Below are positions 53,901 through 64,000 of a stretch of DNA of 64,000 nt, in pieces. The stretch lies in NCBI RefSeq assembly GCF_009914755.1, contig NC_060931.1. One strand, given 5' to 3'. This stretch comes from the human T2T-CHM13v2.0 reference genome, Homo sapiens. The first letter of the stretch is position 1, and every line of letters begins with the position of its first letter. The translations under genes and the position numbers were made by a program. The notes beneath the pieces are model-generated. The model was not told where the DNA came from. It saw only the letters and a program-made list of their open reading frames with translations, and did not search any database.

Positions 53901-56900
53901 GGAAATATCTTCGTATAATAACCAGACAGAATCATTCTCAGAAAGTGCTTTGTGATGTGTGCGTTCAACTCACAGAGTTTAACCTTTCTTTTCATAGAGG
54001 AGTTTGGAAACACACTGTTTGTAAAGTCTGCAAGTGGATATATGGACCTGTTTGAGGCCTTCGTTGGAAACGGGATTTCTTCATTGAATGCTAGACGGAA
54101 GAATTCTCAGTAAATTCTTTGTGTTGTGTGCATTCAACTCACAGAGTGGAACGTCCCTTTAGACAGAGCAGATTTGAAACACTCTTTTTGCGGAATTTGC
54201 AAGTGGAGATTTCTAGCCATTTGATGCCAACAGTAGAAAGGGAAATATCTTCAAATAAAAACCAGACAGAATCATTCTCAGAAAATTCTTTGTGATGTGT
54301 GCGTTCAACTCACATAGTTTAACCTTTCTTTTCATAGAGCAGTTTGGAAACACTCTGTTTGTAAAGTCTGCAAGTGGATATATGGACCGCATTGAGGCCT
54401 TCGTTGGAAACGGGATTTCTTCATTTCATGCTAGACAGAAGAATTCTCAGTAACTTCTTTGTGCTGTGTGTATTCAACTCACAGAGTGGAACGTCCCTTT
54501 ACACAGAGCAGATTTGAAACACTCTTTTTGTGGAGTTTGCAAGTGGAGATTTCAAGCGATTTGATGCCAACAGTAGAAAAGGAAATATCTTCAAATAAAA
54601 ACTAGACAGAATCATTCTCAGAAACTACTTTGTGATGTGTGCCTTCAACTCACAGAGTTTAACCTTTCTTTTCTTAGAGCAGTTTAGAAACACTCTGCTT
54701 GTTATGTCTGCAAGTGGATATTTGGACCTCTTTGAGGCCTTCGTTGCAAACGGGGTTTCTTCCTTTAATGCTAGACTAAGAAGAGTTCTCAGTAACTTTT
54801 TTGTGTTGTGTGTATTCAACTCACAGAGTTGAACCTTGCTTTAGAGAGAGCAGATTTGAAACACTCTCGCTGTGGCATTTTCAGGTGGAGATTTCAAACG
54901 ATTTGAGGACAATTGCAGAAAAGGAAATACCTTCGTATAATAACCAGACAGAATCATTCTCAGAAAGTGCTTTGTGATGTGTGCGTTCAACTCACAGAGT
55001 TTAACCTTTCTTTTCATAGAGGAGTTTGGAAACACACTGTTTGTAAAGTCTGCAAGTGGATATATGGACCTGTTTGAGGCCTTCGTTGGAAACGGGATTT
55101 CTTCATTGAATGCTAGACGGAAGAATTCTCAGTAAATTCTTTGTGTTGTGTGCATTCAACTCACAGAGTGGAACGTCCCTTTAGAAAGAGCAGATTTGAA
55201 ACACTCTTTTTGCGGAATTTGCAAGTGGAGATTTCTAGCCATTTGATGCCAACAGTAGAAAGGGAAATATCTTCAAATAAAAACCAGACAGAATCATTCT
55301 CAGAAAATTCTTTGTGATGTGTGCGTTCAACTCACATAGTTTAACCTTTCTTTTCATAGAGCAGTTTGGAAACACTCTGTTTGTAAAGTCTGCAAGTGGA
55401 TATATGGACCGCATTGAGGCCTTCATTGGAAACGGGATTTCTTCATTTCATGCTAGACAGAAGAATTCTCAGTAACTTCTTTGTGCTGTGTGTATTCAAC
55501 TCACAGAGTGCAACGTCCCTTTACACAGAGCAGATTTGAAACACTCTTTTTGTGGAGTTTGCAAGTGGAGATTTCAAGCGATTTTATGCCAACAGTAGAA
55601 AAGGAAATATCTTCAAATAAAAACTAGACAGAATCATTCTCAGAAACTACTTTGTGATGTGTGCCTTCAACTCACAGAGTTTAACCTTTCTTTTCTTAGA
55701 GCAGCTTAGAAACACTCTGCTTGTTATGTCTGCAAGTGGATATTTGGACCTCTTTGAGGCCTTCGTTGCAAACGGGGTTTCTTCCTTTAATGCTAGACTA
55801 AGAAGAGTTCTCAGTAACTTTTTTGTGTTGTGTTTATTCAACTCACAGAGTTGAACCTTGCTTTAGAGAGAGCAGATTTGAAACACTCTCGCTGTGGCAT
55901 TTTCAGGTGGAGATTTCAAACGATTTGAGGACAATTGCAGAAAAGGAAATATCTTCGTATAATAACCAGACAGAATCATTCTCAGAAAGTGCTTTGTGAT
56001 GTGTGCGTTCAACTCACAGAGTTTAACCTTTCTTTTCATAGAGGAGTTTGGAAACACACTGTTTGTAAAGTCTGCAATTGGATATATGGACCTGTTTGAG
56101 GCCTTCGTTGGAAACGGGATTTTATCATATAATGATAGACGGAAGAATTCTCAGTAAATTCTTTGTGTTGTATGCATTCAACTCACAGAGTGGAACGTCC
56201 CTTTAGACAGAGCAGATTTGAAACACTCTTTTTGCGGAATTTGCAAGTGGAGATTTCTAGCCATTTGATGCCAACAGTAGAAAGGGAAATATCTTCAAAT
56301 AAAAACCAGACAGAATCATTCTCAGAAAATTCTTTGTGATGTGTGCGTTCAACTCACATAGTTTAACCTTTCTTTTCATAGAGCAGTTTGGAAACACTCT
56401 GTTTGTAAAGTCTGCAAGTGGATATATGGACCGCATTGAGGCCTTCGTTGGAAACGGGATTTCTTCATTTCATGCTAGACAGAAGAATTCTCAGTAACTT
56501 CTTTGTGCTGTGTGTATTCAACTCACAGAGTGGAACGTCCCTTTACACAGAGCAGATTTGAAACACTCTTTTTGTGGAGTTTGCAAGTGGAGATTTCAAG
56601 CGATTTGATGCCAACAGTAGAAAAGGAAATATCTTCTAATAAAAACTAGACAGAATCATTCTCAGAAACTACTTTGTGATGTGTGCCTTCATCTCACAGA
56701 GTTTAACCTTTCTTTTCTTAGAGCAGTTTAGAAACACTCTGCTTGTTATGTCTGCAAGTGGATATTTGGACCTCTTTGAGGCCTTCGTTGCAAACGGGGT
56801 TTCTTCCTTTAATGCTAGACTAAGAAGAGTTCTCAGTAACTTTTTTGTGTTGTGTGTATTCAACTCACAGAGTTGAACCTTGCTTTAGAGAGAGCAGATT

Positions 56901-59749
56901 AGAAACACTCTCGCTGTGGAATTTTCAGGTGGAGATTTCAAGCGATTTGAGGCCAATTGCAGAAAAGGAAATATCTTCGTATAATAACCAGACAGAATCA
57001 TTCTCAGAAAGTGCTTTGTGATGTGTGCGTTCAACTCACAGAGTTTAACCTTTCTTTTCATAGAGGAGTTTGGAAACACACTGTTTGTAAAGTCTGCAAT
57101 TGGATATATGGACCTGTTTGAGGCCTCCGTTGGAAACGGGATTTCTTCATTGAATGCTAGACGGAAGAATTCTCAGTAAATTCTTTGTGTTGTGTGCATT
57201 CAACTCACAGAGTGGAACGTCCCTTTAGACAGAGCAGATTTGAAACACTCTTTTTGCGGAATTTGCAAGTGGAGATTTCTAGCCATTTGATGTCAACAGT
57301 AGAAAGGGAAATATCTTCAAATAAAAACCAGACAGAATCATTCTCAGAAAATTCTTTGTGATGTGTGCGTTCAACTCACATAGTTTAACCTTTCTTTTCA
57401 TAGAGCAGTTTGGAAACACTCTGTTTGTAAAGTCTGCAAGTGGATATATGGACCGCATTGAGGCCTTCGTTGGAAACGGGATTTCTTCATTTCATGCTAG
57501 ACAGAAGAATTCTCAGTAACTTCTTTGTGCTGTGTGTATTCAACTCACATAGTGGAACGTCCCTTTGCACAGAGCAGATTTGAAACACTCTTTTTGTGGA
57601 GTTTGCAAGTGGAGATTTCAAGCGATTTGATGCCAACAGTAGAAAAGGAAATATCTTCAAATAAAAACTAGACAGAATCATTCTCAGAAACTACTTTGCG
57701 ATGTGTGCCTTCAAGTCACAGAGTTTAACCTTTCTTTTCTTAGAGCAGCTTAGAAACACTCTGCTTGTTATGTCTGCAAGTTGATATTTGGACCTCTTTG
57801 ACGCCTTCGTTGCAAACGGGGTTTCTTCCTTTAATGCTAGACTAAGAAGAGTTCTCAGTAACTTTTTTGTGTTGTGTGTATTCAACTCACAGAGTTGAAC
57901 CTTGCTTTAGAGAGAGCAGATTTGAAACACTCTTGCTGTGGCATTTTCAGGTGGAGATTTCAAGCGATTTGAGGACAATTGCAGAAAAGGAAATATCTTC
58001 GTATAATAACCAGACAGAATCATTCTCAGAAAGTGCTTTGTGATGTGTGCGTTCAACTCACAGGGTTTAACCTTTCTTTTCATAGAGGAGTTTGGAAACA
58101 CACTGTTTGTAATGTCTGCAATTGGATATATGGACCTGTTTTAGGCCTTCGTTGGAAACGGGATTTCTTCATTGAATGCTAGACGGAAGAATTCTCAGTA
58201 AATTCTTTCTGTTGTGTGCATTCAACTCACAGAGTGGAACGTCCCTTTAGACAGAGCAGATTTGAAACACTTTTTGGCGGAATTTGCAAGTGGAGATTTC
58301 TAGCCATTTGATGCCAACAGTAGAAAGGGAAATATCTTCAAATAAAAACCAGACAGAATCATTCTCAGAAAATTCTTTGTGATGTGTGCGTTCAACTCAC
58401 ATAGTTTAACCTTTCTTTTCATAGAGCAGTTTGGAAACACTCTGTTTGAAAAGTCTGCAAGTGGATATATGGACCGCATTGAGGCCTTCGTTGGAAACGG
58501 GATTTCTTCATTTCATGCTAGACAGAAGAATTCTCAGTAACTTCTTTGTGCTGTGTGTATTCAACTCACAGAGTGGAACGTCCCTTTACACAGAGCAGAT
58601 TTGAAACACTCTTTTTGTGGAGTTTGCAAGTGGAGATTTCAAGCGATTTGATGCCAACAGTAGAAAAGGAAATATCTTCAAATAAAAACTAGACAGAATC
58701 ATTCTCAGAAACTACTTTGTGATGTGTGCCTTCAACTCACAGAGTTTAACCTTTCTTTTCTTAGAGCAGTTTAGAAACACTCTGCTTGTTATGTCTGCAA
58801 GTGGATATTTGGACCTCTTTGAGGCCTTCGTTGCAAACGGGGTTTCTTCCTTTAATGCTAGACTAAGAAGAGTTCTCAGTAACTTTTTTGTGTTGTGTGT
58901 ATTCAACTCACAGAGTTGAACCTTGCTTTAGAGAGAGCAGATTTGAAACACTCTCGCTGTGGAATTTTCAGGTGGAGATTTCAAGCGATTTGAGGACAAT
59001 TGCAGAAAAGGAAATATCTTCGTATAATAACCAGACAGAATCATTCTCAGAAAGTGCTTTGTGATGTGTGCGTTCAACTCACAGAGTTTAACCTTTCTTT
59101 TCATAGAGGAGTTTGGAAACACACTGTTTGTAAAGTCTGCAATTGGATATATGGACCTGTTTGAGGCCTTCGTTGGAAACGGGATTTCTTCATTGAATGC
59201 TAGACGGAAGGATTCTCAGTAAATTCTTTGTGTTGTGTGCATTCAACTCACAGAGTGGAACGTCCCTTTAGACAGAGCAGATTTGAAACACTCTTTTTGC
59301 GGAATTTGCAAGTGGAGATTTCTAGCCATTTGATGCCAACAGTAGAAAGGGAAATATCTTCAAATAAAAACCAGACAGAATCATTCTCAGAAAATTCTTT
59401 GTGATGTGTGCGTTCAACTCACATAGTTTAACCTTTCTTTTCATAGAGCAGTTTGGAAACACTCTGTTTGTAAAGTCTGCAAGTGGATATATGGACCGCA
59501 TTGAGGCCTTCGTTGGAAACGGGATTTCTTCATTTCATACTAGACAGAAGAATTCTCAGTAACTTCTTTGTGCTGTGTGTATTCAACTCACAGAGTGGAA
59601 CGTCCCTTTGCACAGAGCAGATTTGAAACACTCTTTTTGTGGAGTTTGCAAGTGGAGATTTCAAGCGATTTGATGCCAACAGTAGAAAAGGAAATATCTT
59701 CAAATAAAAACTAGACAGAATCATTCTCAGAAACTACTTTGTGATGTGT

Positions 59750-62700
59750 GCCTTTAACTCACAGAGTTTAACCTTTCTTTTCTTAGAGCAGTTTAGAAAC
59801 ACTCTGCTTGTTATGTCTGCAAGTGGATATTTGGACCTCTTTGAGGCCTTCGTTGCAAACGGGGTTTCTTCCTTTAATGCTAGACTAAGAAGAGTTCTCA
59901 GTAACTTTTTGGTGTTGTGTGTATTCAACTCACAGAGTTGAACCTTGCTTTAGAGAGAGCAGATTTGAAACACTCTTGCTGTGGCATTTTCAGGTGGAGA
60001 TTTCAAGCGATTTGAGGACAATTGCAGAAAAGGAAATATCTTCGTATAATAACCAGACAGAGTCATTCTCAGAAAGTGCTTTGTGATGTGTGCGTTCAAC
60101 TCACAGAGTTTAACCTTTCTTTTCATAGAGGAGTTTGGAAACACACTGTTTGTAAAGTCTGCAATTGGATATATGGACCTGTTTGAGGCCTCCGTTGGAA
60201 ACGGGATTTCTTCATTGAATGCTAGACGGAAGAATTCTCAGTAAATTCTTTGTGTTGTGTGCATTCAACTCACAGAGTGGAACGTCCCTTTAGACAGAGC
60301 AGATTTGAAACACTCTTTTTGCGGAATTTGCAAGTGGAGATTTCTAGCCATTTGATGCCAACAGTAGAAAGGGAAATATCTTCAAATAAAAACCAGACAG
60401 AATCATTCTCAAAAAATTCTTTGTGATGTGTGCGTTCAACTCACATAGTTTAACCTTTCTTTTCATAGAGCAGTTTGGAAACACTCTGTTTGTAAAGTCT
60501 GCAAGTGGATATATGGACCGCATTGAGGCCTTCGTTGGAAACGGGATTTCTTCATTTCATGCTAGACAGAAGAATTCTCAGTAACTTCTTTGTGCTGCGT
60601 GTATTCAACTCACAGAGTGGAACGTCCCTTTGCACAGAGCAGATTTGAAACACTCTTTTTGTGGAGTTTGCAAGTGGAGATTTCAAGCGATTTGATGCCA
60701 ACAGTAGAAAAGGAAATATCTTCAAATAAAAACTAGACAGAATCATTCTCAGAAACTACTTTGTGATGTGTGCCTTCAACTCACAGAGTTTAACCTTTCT
60801 TTTCTTAGAGCAGTTTAGAAACACTCTGCTTGTTATGTCTGCAAGTGGATATTTGGACCTCTTTGAGGCCTTCGTTGCAAACGGGGTTTCTTCCTTTAAT
60901 GCTAGACTAAGAAGAGTTCTCAGTAACTTTTTTGTGTTGTGTGTATTCAACTCACAGAGTTGAACCATGCTTTAGAGAGAGCAGATTTGAAACACTCTTG
61001 CTGTGGAATTTTCAGGTGGAGATTTCAAGCGATTTGAGGACAATTGCAGAAAAGGAAATATCTTCGTATAATAACCAGACAGAATCATTCTCAGAAAGTG
61101 CTTTGTGATGTGTGCGTTCAACTCACAGAGTTTAACCTTTCTTTTCATAGAGGAGTTTGGAAACACACTGTTTGTAAAGTCTGCAATTGGATATATGGAC
61201 CTGTTTGAGGCCTTCGTTGGAAACGGGATTTCTTCATTGAATGCTAGACGGAAGAATTCTCAGTAAATTCTTTGTGTTGTGTGCATTCAACTCACAGAGT
61301 GGAACGTCCCTTTAGACAGAGCAGATTTGAAACACTCTTTTTGCGGAATTTGCAAGTGGAGATTTCTAGCCATTTGATGCCAACAGTAGAAAGGGAAATA
61401 TCTTCAAATAAAAAGCAGACAGAATCATTCTCAGAAAATTCTTTGTGATGTGTGCGTTCAACTCACATAGTTTAACCGTTCTTTTCATAGAGCAGTTTGG
61501 AAACACTCTGTTTGTAAAGTCTGCAAGTGGATATATGGACCGCATTGAGGCCTTCGTTGGAAACGGGATTTCTTCATTTCATGCTAGACAGAAGAATTCT
61601 CAGTAACTTCTTTGTGCTGTGTGTATTCAACTCACAGAGTGGAACGTCCCTTTGCACAGAGCAGATTTGAAACACTCTTTTTGTGGAGTTTGCAAGTGGA
61701 GATTTCAAGCGATTTGATGCCAACAGTAGAAAAGGAAATATCTTCAAATAAAAACTAGACAGAATCATTCTCAGAAACTACTTTGTGATGTGTGCCTTTA
61801 ACTCACAGAGTTTAACCTTTCTTTTCTTAGAGCAGTTTAGAAACACTCTGCTTGTTATGTCTGCAAGTGGATATTTGGACCTCTTTGAGGCCTTCGTTGC
61901 AAACGGGGTTTCTTCCTTTAATGCTAGACTAAGAAGAGTTCTCAGTAACTTTTTTGTGTTGTGTGTATTCAACTCACAGAGTTGAACCTTGCTTTAGAGA
62001 GAGCAGATTTGAAACACTCTCGCTGTGGAATTTTCAGGTGGAGATTTCAAGCGATTTGAGGACAATTGCAGAAAAGGAAATATCTTCGTATAATTACCAG
62101 ACAGAATCATTCTCAGAAAGTGCTTTGGGTTGTGTGCGTTCAACTCACAGAGTTTAACCTTTCTTTTCATAGAGGAGTTTGGAAACACACTGTTTGTAAA
62201 GTCTGCAATTGGATATATGGACCTGTTTGAGGCCTCCGTTGGAAACGGGATTTCTTCATTGAATGCTAGACGGAAGAATTCTCAGTAAATTCTTTGTGTT
62301 GTGTGCATTCAACTCACAGAGTGGAACGTCCCTTTAGACAGAGCAGATTTGAAACACTCTTTTTGCGGAATTTGCAAGTGGAGATTTCTAGCCATTTGAT
62401 GCCAACAGTAGAAAGGGAAATATCTTCAAATAAAAACCAGACAGAATCATTCTCAAAAAATTCTTTGTGATGTGTGCGTTCAACTCACATAGTTTAACCT
62501 TTCTTTTCATAGAGCAGTTTGGAAACACTCTGTTTGTAAAGTCTGCAAGTGGATATATGGACCGCATTGAGGCCTTCGTTGGAAACGGGATTTCTTCATT
62601 TCATGCTAGACAGAAGAATTCTCAGTAACTTCTTTGTGCTGCGTGTATTCAACTCACAGAGTGGAACGTCCCTTTGCACAGAGCAGATTTGAAACACTCT

Positions 62701-63050
62701 TTTTGTGGAGTTTGCAAGTGGAGATTTCAAGCGATTTGATGCCAACAGTAGAAAAGGAAATATCTTCAAATAAAAACTAGACAGAATCATTCTCAGAAAC
62801 TACTTTGTGATGTGTGCCTTCAACTCACAGAGTTTAACCTTTCTTTTCTTAGAGCAGTTTAGAAACACTCTGCTTGTTATGTCTGCAAGTGGATATTTGG
62901 ACCTCTTTGAGGCCTTCGTTGCAAACGGGGTTTCTTCCTTTAATGCTAGACTAAGAAGAGTTCTCAGTAACTTTTTTGTGTTGTGTGTATTCAACTCACA
63001 GAGTTGAACCATGCTTTAGAGAGAGCAGATTTGAAACACTCTTGCTGTGG
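59750..63050 (+). repeat. Tandem duplication of a 2-HOR block (period 2044 bp)
   Basis: Variants repeat at +2044: CTCAAAAAATTC ~60412/62456, TGCTGCGTG 60598/62642, GAACCATGC 60967/63011. Confidence 0.8.
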
Positions 63051-64000
63051 AATTTTCAGGTGGAGATTTCAAGCGATTTGAGGACAATTGCAGAAAAGGA
63101 AATATCTTCGTATAATAACCAGACAGAATCATTCTCAGAAAGTGCTTTGTGATGTGTGCGTTCAACTCACAGAGTTTAACCTTTCTTTTCATAGAGGAGC
63201 TTGGAAACACACTGTTTGTAAAGTCTGCAATTGGATATACAGACCTGTTTGAGGCCTCCGTTGGAAACGGGATTTCTTCATTGAATGCTAGACGGAAGAA
63301 TTCTCAGTAAATTCTTTGTGTTGTGTGCATTGAACTCACAGAGTGGAACGTCCCTTTAGACAGAGCAGATTTGAAACACTCTTTTTGCGGAATTTGCAAG
63401 TGGAGATTTCTAGCCATTTGATGTCAACAGTAGAAAGGGAAATATCTTCAAATAAAAACCAGACAGAATCATTCTCAGAAAATTCTTTGTGATGTGTGCG
63501 TTCAACTCACATAGTTTAACCTTTCTTTTCATAGAGCAGTTTGGAAACACTCTGTTTGTAAAGTCTGCAAGTGGATATATGGACCGCATTGAGGCCTTCG
63601 TTGGAAACGGGATTTCTTCATTTCATGCTAGACAGAAGAATTCTCAGTAACTTCTTTGTGCTGTGTGTATTCAACTCACAGAGTGGAACGTCCCTTTGCA
63701 CAGAGCAGATTTGAAACACTCTTTTTGTGGAGTTTGCAAGTGGAGATTTCAAGCGATTTGATGCCAACAGTAGAAAAGGAAATATCTTCAAATAAAAACT
63801 AGACAGAATCATTCTCAGAAACTACTTTGTGATGTGTGCCTTCAACTCACAGAGTTTAACCTTTCTTTTCTTAGAGCAGTTTAGAAACACTCTGCTTGTT
63901 ATGTCTGCAAGTGGATATTTGGACCTCTTTGAGGCCTTCGTTGCAAACGGGGTTTCTTCCTTTCATGCTAGACTAAGAAGAGTTCTCAGTAACTTTTTTG

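Larger units (their letters stand above)
1..64000 (+). repeat. Centromeric alpha-satellite higher-order repeat array (SF1 dimeric type, 6-mer HOR of 1022 bp, ~63 copies), probably human chr7 D7Z1
   Basis: Seen: ~171-bp periodicity with alphoid motifs (CATTCTCAGAAA, TTCAACTCACAGAG, GAAACACTCT, GCAAGTGGA). The marker ORF recurs at 353, 1374, 2395 ... 63016 (63 times, usually every 1022 bp). Established: alternating A/B monomers with a CENP-B box every ~340 bp is a dimeric-family pattern. Inference: D7Z1, because GAATTC occurs at two of the three dimer boundaries (the third is GAGTTC), predicting ~340 and ~680 bp fragments. The alpha-satellite call is near certain; the chromosome call is about 0.75. 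Confidence 0.98.

Noticed and set aside
145-63812. Numerous 63-114 aa ORFs in a few recurring families (MFPNSSMKRK..., MILSSFYLK..., MNTHNTKK..., MMCAFNSQS...)
   Set aside because: They are chance frames of the satellite, overlap on both strands, and appear or vanish with single base changes. Many start at non-ATG codons, and none has a recognisable domain.
1-64000. CRISPR-like array or a novel repeat-encoded system
   Set aside because: There are no unique spacers, leader or cas genes. All sequence is explained by alphoid monomers.
1-64000. L1/Alu insertion or inversion within the array
   Set aside because: HOR spacing is accounted for throughout (1018-1025 or 682 bp) and orientation never changes. 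I saw no poly-A tail, target-site duplication or foreign sequence.
1-64000. Assignment to the chr1/5/19 SF1 array (D1Z7/D5Z2/D19Z3)
   Set aside because: The motifs I recall for that array (GAACGATCCTTTACACAG, TTTCAGCCGCTTTGAGGTCAATGG) are absent; here the monomers read GGAACGTCCCTTT and GATGCCAACAGTAG. This was not verified by alignment.

Overview
The whole 64-kb window is one uninterrupted head-to-tail array of primate (human-type) centromeric alpha satellite. It is built from a 6-monomer higher-order repeat (HOR) of 1022 bp (monomers 171+171+169+171+169+171 bp), about 63 copies. A and B monomers alternate, with a CENP-B box in every second monomer, which is the dimeric suprachromosomal family 1 (SF1) pattern. 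The 6-mer size and the predicted ~340+~680 bp EcoRI pattern best fit the chromosome 7 array D7Z1; this assignment is from recall, not alignment. I found no genes, transposon insertions, inversions or CRISPR arrays. All listed ORFs are chance frames repeating with the HOR. I see no evidence of a new biological system. The real interest is the array's mutational history: two 4-mer deletion variants linked to a short conversion-like patch, tandem duplications of 2, 3 and 6 HORs, long-range duplications at 17.4-kb and 45.3-kb offsets, a spreading CENP-B box mutation, a dense substitution cluster that forms a hairpin, and a homogeneous central block between related flanks.
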